Shown here: in pieces, positions 1 to 13,400 of the stretch
Numbering within the stretch: the stretch's first letter is position 1
How the letters are laid out: each line of letters begins with the position of its first letter
Translations under genes and position numbers: made by a program
Notes under the pieces: model-generated
The model's database searches: none
What the model was told of the DNA's origin: nothing
The model's input: only the letters and a program-made list of their open reading frames with translations
Assembly: GCA_964016885.1 (NCBI GenBank)
Contig: OZ024742.1
Location: forward strand, 81,840,001-81,904,000
Direction of reading: 5' to 3'
Source of the DNA: Eledone cirrhosa
Taxonomy: Eukaryota
DNA: 64,000 nucleotides

Positions 1-379
1 GTCTAAATGATTTTCTCTACTTCGTTTTATCGTTTGATAGTGGAAATCTGTAATAAAGTCGAGTTATAGGTTAAATGCCTAACGAATCTACTCAAACCTA
101 ACGCTGATTAATTTGGCACAGATTAAAGAAATGGATAATTATATTTATGCAAATATGAATATTTGTATTGTATAATTCGGTTTAAAATACGAAATTAATT
201 TTATAAATATGGTTTAGTATGAGTATTTATATATATTATGTCAGATGTTAAACCTTATTCCCATGCCTCATATAATTATTATGAATGTTTTCCTTGCCTG
301 CTAACTCACTAGTAGCATCAATCAAAAGCTATTTCTCAAATTTGATTTTGTGTGTTATAGACTGTGTTTCCTAAGTTGT

Positions 380-900
380 CCCTGTAGATGCATGTATTAC
401 AATGTCCCGAGTACAGATTTGATTACACGGGTATCGTAGACAACATCAATTTCATCCTTGGCTCTATAAGGCGAGGAGCACTAGATGCAGACGGTGACTA
501 TTAACGTGATGAAGCGTTCATACATTGTTACTGTCATGCTGAGATATCGCACGTGGTCACAACCTTCCCTGACGTTACCTTCTTTTCGGAACAACTTATG
601 GTTTGGCACTCTGATTTACTCACGATGTGTAACTCTGATCTCCTGTAGGATTGTGATCTTAATATTAAGAATTGTTATGTTTTGATAAAATACAGCACCT
701 CTAAACCTGCAGATATTCTTAACTGATTGGGATCGTCTTGTAGCATGGTACAGGCAATCCAGTTCTATAGGAGATGTGAGAATATCATTAATTTGCTTCT
801 CCTTATTGAGTGGATAAATCTGGTGGATGAACAAACATCAGGCTATCTTACATGATCTTACGAAGGTTTTTAGACACACGGATATATTTTTCCTGATTTT
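380..900 (-). mobile_element. Possible highly decayed LINE (RTE-like) RT remnant
   Basis: Minus strand near 560-590 reads like a broken G-x-RQG-x-x-x-P RT motif. Many stops, and boundaries are approximate. Confidence 0.3.
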
Positions 901-1111
901 ACTTATTTTGCATATGTTATTATATCTCTAGTGATAGAGTATTGAGTGTAATTACTGGTTTATACCAGTGTTTCTCACCGTTTCAAATTGTTCTTTAATT
1001 CTTATAGAAACACGTGTAACGTCTATAAAATATCTTACTTTATTTCATCTGCGATATCAATCCATTAGGATTTATTTCCTCTGTACATTCATATAACCCT
1101 CCACTCACTCC

Positions 1112-1133
1112 TTCTCTCTCTCTCTCTCTCTCA

Positions 1134-1200
<67 letters not shown>
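1112..1200. repeat. (CT)n-(TA)n compound microsatellite
   Basis: Directly visible. Confidence 0.95.
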
Positions 1201-1202
<2 letters not shown>

Positions 1203-1489
1203 GAAATCAATACTGACTAATCTTTAATAGACTGCGTTGATTTTCAAATTCCTGCGGTGTTTGGGTTTTTGCATCATTATTTTCTGGAAATAGTTGTATT
1301 AATGGTATAAATAACCATTTATATCAGATCTATTTTCAGGTTGTTATCAGGATTATTGAGAAAAAGAAATAATACAAAATGCGATACATTAGTTGTATTG
1401 AAATTTCACACTAAATATCGAATTAGACTATAAAGAATTAATTTTGGCACCAATAAGAAAATAATCAATACTATAGACTACATCTGATA

Positions 1490-1775
1490 TTTTAAACCCG
1501 TAATCTAGGAATTATCCACCTAAGGTAAATTACCTTGCTCATTTCGAGTCTGACCATTTTAATTTAGCCACTAACATTTCTTTCCACACACACTCCAAAC
1601 TCTTTTAAAACAAATTATATATAGACATAGATAAAAAAAAAACTTTAGATTCCCTGAGAAATTCTTTGTTCTATCTGATCAAACAAACAATCTTAATTAA
1701 CTTGATCATGCTAACAACAATCCACTTCTGCATAAGACGATAAAGTTTATATACAAAAGAAAGTCACCCCTGTTA
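1490..1775 (+). mobile_element. Penelope-like element remnant, region N-terminal to RT
   Basis: Broken translation SRNYPPKVNYLAHFESDHFNLATNISF...KFFVLSDQTNNL...LLHKTIKFIYKR resembles the PLE 'FExD...F(V)xxDKTNN' region. Confidence 0.55.
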
Positions 1776-2833
1776 CTTGACATATCAATGTTTAGGCAAG
1801 CATATAGCTACGATCTTCAAAGTCGATAACACCAAACTTGTTGCTTCGAGCACAAATGAGGATCTGACCGACCACTTTTTCTTTAGAGCAGTTTCCATCG
1901 AGGTATCAAATCTCCTTAATCCCCGCTCTGCTGATATTTCCCCGTAAGATCGGAAAGAGAGTAACACGTATGAGAAGAGATGGCTGAGGGATTGCTCAGA
2001 CCGGGATGTAGTGACTATCCTTACCACTTGCCTTTCACTCTTTAGTCTTTATATCCATGTGTTGTACATTTCATTTATGTAACTAATAAGAAGTTTTAGA
2101 AGTCCGTGGCCTTAGAACTCTTATATAGAGTCAAGATTCTACCCGAAATCTCCCTTCACAATAAGGCAGAATCAAGTTGGTGGTATAACCCAATACAATT
2201 TAAACATCTGCATATTCTACTGATGAAATTGAATTGGAGTCTTTAAGATGTTTCAGTTACAATAATTTATAACTTTAAACAGATTTACATGTTTCCCGTT
2301 TTTCAAAAGATATGGACACATGTGTGGCTATGCCAACTTGGAATTCGCATCTACATGATGTTGGGAATTTCTTTCAGTTTTATGGTAGAAAATTGGCTGA
2401 GATTCTGATATGTTTCAAGTAATATTTGAAGGGTTGAGGAAGATCTCCTGAAGAGATACCAAATATTTTCGTAATTTGGCACAAACAATCAGGAGGGCCA
2501 TGGTTCTTTCAGGTTTTTGCAGAAAGGTGATTGAAATTTAAATAATACGTTGTTTGTGTGAGAGTTATCACGTGATTAATCACCATGTTTGGTTGTAGTT
2601 TCTCGCCAGGAAAAGTGGGTGCCCTGGATTAATGATTGGGGATAGAAGCAATGTATGAATGTTGTATTCATCAGTCAGTGGCTGTTGGTGTCGTACCTGT
2701 GGTAATCCCCCCAAAGGTATATGAATTTTGTTTAAAATGTGTGTGATTGTGTGTGCGTGTAGAAACAGTGATTTATTCGGATACAGAATGTAATAAGATA
2801 ACAGTAATAATGGCAAAAACAATGACAATAATT

Positions 2834-3086
<253 letters not shown>

Positions 3087-3157
3087 AGTATGTATACGTA
3101 CATAAATATATGTATACACACGTACAGTAGTATGTATATACATACATACATGCACAC

Positions 3158-3192
<35 letters not shown>

Positions 3193-3399
3193 CGTATGGG
3201 TTAACCGAACATTTATTATAATGTTCGGTTTTTTGTAAACAAACAGCCCGAATAAAGCCGTACAGTGTTTCGCAACCATAGTTGCTCTTTTGTTCAACTC
3301 AGACAAAGGGACGATGAACTAGTTTCTAGCTTATTAGCTGTTAATATGCACACGGAAATTATATATATTCAAACGTTCAATCATCTGACAGGATGGTAT

Positions 3400-3442
3400 A
3401 CGGTGCTGATGACAGCTAATAAGCTACAAACTAGTCCATCGT
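3400..3442 (+). ncRNA. Type I hammerhead ribozyme motif (GAAA mutated to CAAA)
   Basis: acggtg CTGATGA cagc-taataa-gcta CAAA c-ta-g TC catcgt. Stem III is the palindrome actagt. Confidence 0.7.
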
Positions 3443-3828
3443 TCCTTTGTCAGTGTTGAACAAAAGGGCAACGAAGGTTGCCGAACACTGTACGGCTTAA
3501 TTCGGGATGTTTGTTTACAAACAAATCGCACATTATAATAAATGTTCGGTAAACCTATACGTACATATATATATGTATATGTGTGCATGTATGTATGTAC
3601 ATACATTCTACTGTACGTATGTATGCATATATGCATGTACGTATACATACTTTTATTTAAGTATCAGCCGTACTAAGAGTGAGACATGAAATTTCCTTTT
3701 TTCCATTCATCGATTTCGGTACGCCCGGCTGACTAACTCACTCGGTATGCAAATTAGGCTGCTCAGCCGTTAATATGCATAAGGAAAGGATATACTTTCA
3801 AACGTTCAATCGGTTCACTGGAAGGTAT

Positions 3829-3871
3829 ACGAAGCTGATGTTAGCTAATAAGCTAGAAACTAGTTCATCGT
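3829..3871 (+). ncRNA. Type I hammerhead ribozyme motif (second unit; CTGATGA mutated to CTGATGT)
   Basis: acgaag CTGATGT tagc-taataa-gcta GAAA ctag TT catcgt. The consensus with the 3400 copy is a complete core. Confidence 0.7.
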
Positions 3872-3991
3872 TCCTTTGTCAGTGTTGAACAAAAGGGCAA
3901 CGATGGTTGTCGAACATTGTACGGCTTAAATCGGGCTGTTTGTTTACAAACAGACCGAACATTATAATAAATATTCGGTAAACCCATACGT

Positions 3992-4027
<36 letters not shown>

Positions 4028-4849
4028 GTGTGTGTGTGCATGTATGTATGTATATACATACTACTATACGTCTGTATACATATATGTATGTACGTATACA
4101 TACTTATATTTAAGTATCAGCCGTACTAAGATTGAGAAAAGAAATTCCATTTTTTCCATTTATATATATATTGTTAATTTGAAAATGCATTACATTTCGT
4201 AGATAGGAAATATAATTTAATCGATTTCTGATTTTATGTTAGAACGTTGATATGAACTGAAATAACGTAAGCATATTGAGTTAAGTCAAATACGAAAAAG
4301 CGCCTGTTTATTTACAATGTTGAGCGATAAATTACAGAGTTTCTCGAAAAGCAATAGGATAAAAGATTCATAAACGGAAGCTCTACTTATGTCCAACCAC
4401 TGACGTTTAAGGACATCCTTAATAAACTGACGTATAAGGCATCGTTAATACACGGCATCGTGCCTAAATTTGGAGTAGAATGTTCCATATGTATTTCCAA
4501 CTGCAGGCATATTTCACAAATCTTTACACTGATTTTCTATGAAAATATGCTGAATTTTACAAATATGTAGGGTGCTGAAATGTAACTATATTTTAGAATA
4601 TCAAGAATAATCACTAGCCATATTTTAAAGACATAAATGTGATGACTTCGGTGTGCTATAATATCTGTGACTTCTTTGTGAATTAATTGGATTATGTCAC
4701 GTATAACAGTATAAAAACTCCTTAAGAATATGGAGCATTATTTGGAAAATATATTTGTGTCGCAAATAAATCATAGTTTATCTAGTGCTGACATGGCTGC
4801 ATTGACTCAACAATGCGAGACGAACAAAACTCATGGATGTTAATCAACC

Positions 4850-5640
4850 ATATTCCTCGGGGTCTACCACGATATTTTCTGCGGGTTGGTTTTTGCCCAT
4901 AACATCTGCCCGTGATTCTTTCCTGAGACATGTCCAAATTATTGTGGTTGTGATATTTCAATTCATCGAAGTAGCTGCTTTATCTCGAATGACTCTCTGC
5001 TTCTAAGCTACGCACTCTATCGAGTAACGTTACTCCAACGACATTTCGGAGGGACCCATTTCGGCCGCTTCATTTCCCTCATTACACAATATACACGACC
5101 ATAGGTAAGGGCTGCTATGAATAACGAATTGAAAATAGAGCGTCATGTGAACACGTCCCTTGTTCACCTAACTGAATACTGAAAACGGCGTATTACTACA
5201 CCAGCTCCTGCAATTCTTCTACTGAATTAATTCTCCTGCCTTTCATATTCGTGAAAACGGGCCCGATATACTTGAAGTTCTCTAGCTGATTCAGTGGAAC
5301 TCAATTCACATGTAGAGTACACTGTGCAGGTGTAGGCTTCTTTTGAGAGTACTAATTTCTCAATGTTCCCAACATTCCAGCTATGCAGCACTCGACATGG
5401 AACCTATCATGTGCAAGTCGGAGATACTCTTCTGTCGAGTTAAGTAACACCATCTCGTCAGCCAACTGATTTTATACCCGCTAATCATGATACCACTTCC
5501 AACCGGGCTGCGCATATGAATCATTTTCTTGTAGATAATGAACAGGAGAGCTAACAGTTCGCACCCACGACGGAGCCGATTCGCAAATGATTTCGATCTA
5601 GCACCAGTTACCCGAACAAAAATTGTCGGGCATTCGTATG
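4850..5640 (-). mobile_element. Decayed RTE-clade LINE 3' portion
   Basis: Minus strand shows QLADEM (YADD-like), ENFKYIGPVFT, a GHVS motif and RGRPR in the expected RTE order. Confidence 0.65.
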
Positions 5641-6505
5641 CTGTTTATTTAGCAACATAGTTATTAGGTATTGAGTTTCGGGATATTTCTCTCAGTGAAA
5701 TTATAATATACACGGTATTGGATTTTATATAGATCATAATTTGACACTTTGAAGCAGTTTTTAAAAACATTTTATCGCGAAGTCATTTTAACTAATAAAA
5801 AGAGGCTAAATAAATTGAGGAAAATAAATGATAAAAAATGGAAGGCATATTTCTTTGTCATGTTCGCATATATGACCAATAATGTTGTACTTTTTTTTAC
5901 TATTAACATTATCGAATCGATGAGTTTATTTTTTTACTTGACAGCCATTTAAATTGATGGATAAATCAATTCAAATTTATAAAATAAATATATTTATTCA
6001 TTGCACGTAAATGTAAGAAAGGAAAACAACAATAATTTCCCTCTTAGCAGCCATAGTTAAAATAAATTTCAGCTAAATCTACGAAAACGAGCAGCTGCAA
6101 ACATTATAATTAGCAATTAATATGAAAAAAAAAGATCGCTGAAATATTACATGGCGTATACAACTGAAGTGCAACGTTTGTGAGCCATGACGCCATTTGT
6201 GTATTTATGGTTGAGTATCCATTTATTAGTAATACGTCGAAGACGATTTCCAGTTTTAATGGATTACATAAAAGTTCTATTGTGTATATAATGGTAAAAG
6301 TGAAGAAAGCCGAAAAGTAAACAAAACAAAAACCGTGGGCAAATGATAGTAAATGCAACAACCGTAGGCCTCCATTGTCAATAACCAATAAAAATGAATT
6401 AAAAACCATATTATAATGGATACCATCCGAATGAAATAGAATTTAGATGACTCCTACAAGAATCTGAAAGTAATTGTTAATAAACAATATTATCCTCTTT
6501 TATGT

Positions 6506-6566
<61 letters not shown>

Positions 6567-6834
6567 TGTGTGTGTGTGTGTATTCATATGTATAAACATA
6601 TACATGCAAGCAATTCCTCAATTATTCTTTCTCTCGTTCCCCGTTTCCATATCCTCATCTTTTACTCATTGTTTTGTTGTTGTCTCATATGCATCGCTCC
6701 AACAGAGCAAGCGTCAATCTATGTTGCAGACTGACATTACCAACTTCACCAGCGAATCTACACTTCCATCAAGAAGTATGAATAGTTAACGATGCACTGA
6801 TCTATTTGTGCGACGTAACTTTTGCATTGAATAA

Positions 6835-6945
6835 TTGTTTCTACTTTTGGCACAAGGGCAGCAATTATCCCAGTGTATTACTGATACTTTATTTTATCGA
6901 TCCCGTAATGATGAAAGGCAAAGTTAACCTCGGCGGAATTTTTAG
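6835..6945 (-). mobile_element. SINE fragment of the type abundant in octopus
   Basis: 'ttttatcgatcccgtaatgatgaaaggcaaagttaacctcggcggaattt' resembles the common Octopus SINE core (recognised from memory, not searched). Confidence 0.55.
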
Positions 6946-7509
6946 CCATAATGGGCCGGAACTCTTTGCTGCAAGGCATGGCAATAATGACAATATTTAC
7001 GTGGATACACATGCAAACAGGTATCTTTTTTTCATACTGTGTATGTATATTCAAGCGTCGGTAGCTAACAGCTAAGCTTTTGCCTCCCACCAGCAAATTC
7101 CTACACTGGAAGTTGCTGTCGAAATTTCAAGACCATATATATTGTAACAGCATGTAGAAATTTCAGTTGCTAACGTTTTACTGTGATGACCCTTACATTC
7201 AGTCATAGCCGACATGGACTGGAATGGAATTCTGTCGAACGATTGGTATTTGATCAGACGAAACCCGCTAATGAAGCCACATGCAACGATTGTGCATTGT
7301 TGCATAATAAATGCAGAGCGTGGTTGCTGTGCACTCTATTGCTGCATTAAGTGTCAGCGAAACTCTAGTAGGGGAATAATTGAAGGTACCCATTTACGTA
7401 TTGTAGCGAATAACTATGTGACTCCTCTGGGAGTTTATATAATATTACCTATTGAATACGCTGAGATGCAATCGGCACTAGAAGTCAGACCCTTGCTAGT
7501 TCCGTCAAC

Positions 7510-7657
<148 letters not shown>

Positions 7658-7719
7658 TGGTGGCTGCCAACTCGTTTTCGAGTACGGCCACTACTTTATA
7701 TGCATGTAGGAGAACTCCT

Positions 7720-8070
7720 ACCGAAGCGCTGAACGAGTGTGACTTTTTAGTCCAGCCAGCGACTTGAAAACTCTGGTACAAACACTACACTTGTGACAAT
7801 TATTGACACATAGTGCTGGGCCCATGGTACCATGTGACGACAAGTGCAGAGGGATCTCCAGATATAAAGCAATGCCTGTGCTGTGAAGCTTTTATAGTGA
7901 GCAAAGGCACTGCACAAAGCCAGTCTCACTCTCTTAACCAAGATGATATTTACCAAAAAGAAGAACAAGTCAACATCATTGGATACCATCAGGGTTGCAG
8001 GTGTTATATCAGAGTTTTCCTTCTCCTAGAATTCTGCCTTGACAAAGGCTAAGGGGTCATCTCTCCCGTA
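7720..8070 (-). mobile_element. Probable RTE-type LINE 5' UTR fragment
   Basis: Minus strand has 'ctaggagaaggaaaactctga', typical of RTE 5' regions. Confidence 0.35.
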
Positions 8071-8090
8071 ATTATATATATATATATATG

Positions 8091-8147
<57 letters not shown>

Positions 8148-8187
8148 GTGTGTGTGTGTGTGTGTATTTATATATATATATATAAAT

Positions 8188-8223
<36 letters not shown>

Positions 8224-8765
8224 GTAATCTGAGTTTTTCAAATATTAATAAAATTATTCGATTCGTTTGCAATCATGCAAACAAACCTCACTTTTAAAGC
8301 CATGTCAGTGGGATGAGCCCCTCATTCTGGCTCTTGTGTTGGCATGTAAACAGAACTGCAGACACTAATGTTTCTGTGCATTATCCTTCATTAGTGTAGT
8401 TCACTGTTCACATGCCAACTGTCAGAGCTAGTGAAGATATATATTTTCAAAAATATACAGTGAATGTTCGGCCTGATTTGCATATTAGCAAACCGGCTGA
8501 TCAGTCAGATCTGTATATTAGCAGATTGACTGATCACCAGATTTTCATATAAGCAGACTGGCCAGTCAGTTTCCTGTATATAAGTGATCAATTGCCGACT
8601 TTGCCATATTCAAATAAAAAAAATGTTCGCTCTACGTGACTGAATACAATAAAAGTAATCTGAGTTTTTCGAATATTAATAATAATATTTGATTCGTTTG
8701 TAATTACGAATTCGTTTCCAATTACGAATATTAATAAGTTTCGATTCGTTTGAAGCGAATCTAAA
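8224..8765 (-). mobile_element. ~430-bp tandem-unit HHR repeat family, copy 1 (same family as 15118-15781)
   Basis: 8224-8270 recurs at 8656-8703. The region is reverse-complement similar to 15335-15781. A degenerate HHR lies at 8353-8402 (-): gaactaca CTAATGA...GAAAC attagt GTC tgcagttc. Confidence 0.7.
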
Positions 8766-8779
8766 TCCACTGTATATGG

Positions 8780-9480
8780 GAGTCATTGCGGATAATAACT
8801 AATACAAGCTGGGCCACTTATATAAACAGTAAAATTGACATTGGCAGCAGAATGATTTCCTGGATTCTCAGAACTTTTCAGTCGAGATATATCCACACTA
8901 TTATCCTTGTCTACTTTACATTTGTTAGACGCCACCTTGAATACTGTTGTCCACTGTTATCTCCCCAACGAAACAAACTATTATGAACATTGTACCACCT
9001 CGATGGTCAATCACACTAACCATAAATGTAATCACATGCCTTGACTATTTGGGTTTGGGCTGACTAGAAAACCTCAACTTGTATTCTCTCCAGCGCCGCC
9101 ATAAGTGCTAACTTATCTGCATGATGTGGGAAATGATCTGTCAGCATTGCCCAGATGATGTTGGCATCACCTTTAAAGTACACCTAAGCCTTGTACCCTG
9201 TGCTATCTACCCGCATCAAATACCAAACTCGCATTTCATAACAGCAATACGGCCCAATTATTTCACCTCAATTGGTACCGATACTTTAAAAGTTAAACCA
9301 GAACACTTTAAAACGGAAACAGACTCCTTAAAATTCGAAATGTCTCCGGACAATTTCCTTCCAGAAATGCCGGAGAAAACTCCTACATCCGGATATGCCG
9401 CAATAAACAATAACTGTCTACTTGAGTGGGCCATGGCGTCCACACCTTAATTTAAAAGACTTTGCCAGTTGGTTCTATTA
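8780..9480 (+). mobile_element. Decayed CR1/L2-group LINE 3' end
   Basis: WATYINSKI...SRMISWILRTF...FVRRHLEYCCPLLSP and downstream L.LYSLQRR motifs are typical of the post-RT region. Confidence 0.75.
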
Positions 9481-10636
9481 AGTTAGACCTGACCGGGACG
9501 AAAACCGGACTACACCAATCAGAGATATCTAAGTTATATATATATATTTTACAATTATTTAGTGAAGAACAACACATAATCACCATATCAATGTTTGGTA
9601 TTCCACAAATAAGATAATACCGAACTGTTACGGATACACTACTGATTCGATTCTGTTATGTCTATTTAACCTTCTCTCCCTCTATTTCTTCTCATCAGAA
9701 AATCATCTTACGCGAAACAAAATGCCGATTTGGAGTTTCTTAAAATTTAGTCATTCATAAATGTTTGCTTAGTTTCAGTCATTGACGTCCTGTGACACAC
9801 ACTTTTCTTGATCTATGATCAAAGCTGAAAGATGTCTCTGCTTAAAGCAGATTTGCAACATCTATTTACCGATGGTATGATCAAGTATACAATAAAGAGA
9901 GCGAAATCCAGTGCGGAAGAACCAGGTGATCAGCAATGTAGAATGTATACTTTGCTGTTGATATATGCTTTGTTTAATACAATTGTCATACACAACTGCT
10001 GCGGTTGCTTATCAAAGTATTTAAAATATATAACATACGAAAGGCTAAGGAAAATATTCACTCTAAGAGTGATGAAGAATTTGGTTAATCACGTATTGCT
10101 TTATTATATGCAAATTCAGCTTCTACACAAACGAATGTCTCCTTTATTTAAAAAAAAAATCTCAGAATTGTAATCTCATGAATGTATGGGTAAGAGATAT
10201 TATTGCTATTTGATTGTTAATCAGAGACCAAAGCAACATATAACGCGCGTATTCTCTTATACACATATTAAGGATATCCGTTTGATACGCATTCTAATTG
10301 TAAGGTAGTGTGCGATATTAAATGATATTTGCGTTACAAGAAAAGTTTTCGAATGTCAAAGACAAAACATGCCTTTCTATTACAACTATAAATATTAAGA
10401 TGAATTTCTCGTGCAATAGTAGTAGCGTTATTTATCAGTTATCCCGGATTTACTCACTGATTGTAAATGACAATGACATGTGGATATGTGCTGCTGATAT
10501 GAAGCATGAAATATATACGTGAAGAGCAGAATTAATACGTATATATTGTATCAGCGAAGTCTCTTCTAACAGCTTCCTACGTAAAACTACTATCGTGAGT
10601 GAAAATATTTGTTTCGTCCGGGTAGATATGTATGTG

Positions 10637-10713
<77 letters not shown>

Positions 10714-10880
10714 AATTAATATCTAGTAACATATATATACATACAGATGCATATTAATGCTAGCAAATATATAGGTTTTGTCTTAGTAACTTTGTCGTTC
10801 AATGCATGGGGTTGCAGAACAATAATATGAGAGACGTAAAATAAGAAAATTATAAAATTAACTTACTTACTAAAATATCA

Positions 10881-10960
10881 CTTCCAACTAATTAGTTTCT
10901 GGAATGGAATAAATATATTTTCCGAAGAACACATTGAGAATCATTCCGTCGTCAGGGAAG
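10881..10960 (-). ncRNA. Type I hammerhead ribozyme motif (array unit 1)
   Basis: Reverse complement: cttcc CTGACGA cggaatg...cattcca GAAA c-taatta-g TT ggaag. Confidence 0.75.
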
Positions 10961-11404
10961 ACTATTCTCATCTAAGTATCCAGGCAAAGGGTGGACTCTA
11001 GAAACTTATTAAAAAATAATTCAGTGGATAGAAAATAGCAAAGCGTGGACTGAATTCCTAGCCATTGAGAAAATCCCTGCCTCTGCGTCGGTGGCAAATT
11101 CAAAAAGAATCAATCACGTGACATCGAGGTCAAACAGTGGAAAGTGGTTTGCTAATAAGACAGCGGCATGCCTGCTACCATAGCAGCAGTCATGGCCAAT
11201 ATTGCTCGACAAATAATTTGGAGATAATTATAAAGAATTAATATCTAGTAACATATATATACATACAGATGCGTATCAATGCTAGCAAATATATAGGTTT
11301 TGTCTTAGTAACTTTGTGGTTCAATGCATGGGGTTGCAGAACAATAATATGAGAGACGTAAAATAAGAAAATTATAAAAAATTAACTTACTTACTAAAAT
11401 ATCC

Positions 11405-11484
11405 CTTCCAACTAATTAGTTTCTGGAATGGAATAAATATATTTTCCGAAGAAAACATCGAGAATCCTTCCGTCGTCAGGGAAG
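11405..11484 (-). ncRNA. Type I hammerhead ribozyme motif (array unit 2)
   Basis: Same motif with one extra stem II mismatch (cggaagg). Confidence 0.7.
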
Positions 11485-11928
11485 ACTTTTCTCATCTAAG
11501 TATCCAGGCAAAGCGTGGACTCCTGAAACTTATTAAAAAATAATTCAGTGGATAGAAAATAGCAAAGCGTGGACTGAATTCCTAGCCATTGAGAAAATCC
11601 CTGCCTCTGCGTCGGTGGCAAATTCAAAAAGAATCAATCACGTGACATCGAGGTCAAACAGTGGAAAGTGGTTTGCAAATAAGACAGCAGCCTGCCTGCT
11701 ACCATAGCAGCAGTCATGGCCAATATTGCTCGACAGATAATTTGGAGATAATTATAAAGAATTAATATCTAGTAACATATATATACATACAGATGCGTAT
11801 CAATGCTTGCAAATATATAGGTTTTGTCTTAGTAACTTTGTGGTTCAATGCATGGGGTTGCAGAACAATAATATGTGAGACGTAAAATAAGAAAATTATA
11901 AAAAATTAACTTACTTACTAAAATATCC

Positions 11929-12008
11929 CTTCCAACTAATTAGTTTCTGGAATGGAATAAATATATTTTCCGAAGAAAACATCGAGAATCCTTCCGTCGT
12001 CAGGGAAG
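11929..12008 (-). ncRNA. Type I hammerhead ribozyme motif (array unit 3)
   Basis: Same motif as unit 2. Confidence 0.7.
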
Positions 12009-12194
12009 ACTTTTCTCATCTAAGTATCCAGGCAAAGCGTGGACTCCTGAAACTTATTAAAAAATAATTCAGTGGATAGAAAATAGCAAAGCGTGGACTG
12101 AATTCCTAGCCATTAGCTATTTTCTATTCACTGAATTATTTTTTAATAAGTTTCCAGATTCCACGCTTTGCCTCGATACTTAGATGAGAATAGT

Positions 12195-12274
12195 CTTCCC
12201 TGACGACGGAATGATTCTCCGTGTTTTCTTCAGAAAATATATTTATTCCATTCCAGAAACTAATTAGTTGGAAG
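12195..12274 (+). ncRNA. Type I hammerhead ribozyme motif (inverted arm, first)
   Basis: cttcc CTGACGA cggaatg...cattcca GAAA ctaattag TT ggaag. Predicted cleavage after T12269 (GUU). Confidence 0.75.
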
Positions 12275-12717
12275 TGATATTTTGGTAAGTAACATAATTT
12301 TATAATTTTCTTATTTTACGTCTCTCATATTATTGTTCTGCAACCCCATGCATTGAACCACAAAGTTACTAAGACAAAACCTATATATTTGCTAGCATTG
12401 ATATACCATCTGTATGTATATATATGTTACTAGATATTAATTCTTTATAATTATCTCCAAATTATTTGTCGAGCAATATTGGCCATGACTGCTGCTATGG
12501 TAGCAGGCAGGCCGCTGTCTTATTTGCAAACCACTATCCACTGTTTGACCTCGATGTCACGTGATTGATTCTTTTTGAATTTGCCACCGACGCAGAGGCA
12601 GGGATTTTCTCAATGGCTAGGAATTCAGTCCACGCTTTGCTATTTTCTATCCACTGAATTATTTTTTAATAAGTTTCCAGAGTCCACGCTTTGCCTGGAT
12701 ACTTAGATGAGAATAAT

Positions 12718-12797
12718 CTTCCCTGACGACGGAATGAATCTCAATGTTTTCTTCGGAAAATATATTTATTCCATTCCAGAAACTAATTAGTTGGAAG
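12718..12797 (+). ncRNA. Type I hammerhead ribozyme motif (inverted arm, second)
   Basis: Same motif 523 bp downstream of the 12195 copy. Confidence 0.75.
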
Positions 12798-12843
12798 TGA
12801 TATTTTAGTAAGTAAGTTGATTTTATAATTTTCTTATTTAACG

Positions 12844-12920
<77 letters not shown>

Positions 12921-13020
12921 AAGAGATGTCAACATGAATGGATCTGTTATTTTAATCTACAGACGTACTTTCTAATTCCATCCCGGCCGTCACTTCAACC
13001 TATCTTATTTCGCATTCTTT

Positions 13021-13056
13021 CTTATGATGAAGGGCTAGAGTCCGAAACGTCAAACC
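13021..13056 (+). ncRNA. Degenerate minimal hammerhead motif
   Basis: aTGATGA agggc-taga-gtcc GAAAC GTC. The first core C is mutated and stem I is weak. Confidence 0.45.
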
Positions 13057-13097
13057 CTATTCCAGCTATTTCAAGCGTTAACCTAACCTGTTCCATT

Positions 13098-13166
<69 letters not shown>

Positions 13167-13400
13167 CAGAAGATGGTTAAAAGAGTTCCAAATATTTTAT
13201 TATGCGCATTTCAAAAACAAATATCATCATGGGATGATATCTGGGTTTTCATCACATAAAATAGGGATACATGATATGAAGCTTAAAAAGCACTTGTGAA
13301 TAGTGAAGTTTTAAATAAACATATGAAAAATAATTTAAGATTGATGTATGAGATTGAGAAAAAGTGAGGGGGCTTGGAAAAGGTAACGAAGAGGAGGAGA

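Larger units (their letters stand above)
3085..4160 (+). mobile_element. Non-coding PLE pLTR/retrozyme-like element: inverted arm plus two ~429-bp tandem units
   Basis: ~3085-3341 is the reverse complement of ~3411-3652. 3335-3710 is repeated directly at ~3765-4160. Each unit has an HHR motif. Confidence 0.75.
10710..12853. mobile_element. Retrozyme/PLE-pLTR-like array: ~2.7 tandem ~523-bp units followed by ~1.4 inverted units, inside a (TA)n tract
   Basis: Units start at 10710, 11232 and 11756. Inversion junction at ~12088-12115. (TA)n on both flanks. Five HHR motifs. Confidence 0.85.

Noticed and set aside
2219-2260. CTGATGA motif
   Set aside because: No downstream GAAA or stems forming a hammerhead.
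9832-10173. 113-aa ORF
   Set aside because: No recognisable motif. It may be a decayed DNA transposon but this is unsupported.
10710-12853. CRISPR-like or Foldback DNA transposon interpretation
   Set aside because: Units are long and near-identical with no spacers, and the arms are asymmetric and contain HHRs. This fits PLE/retrozyme architecture better.
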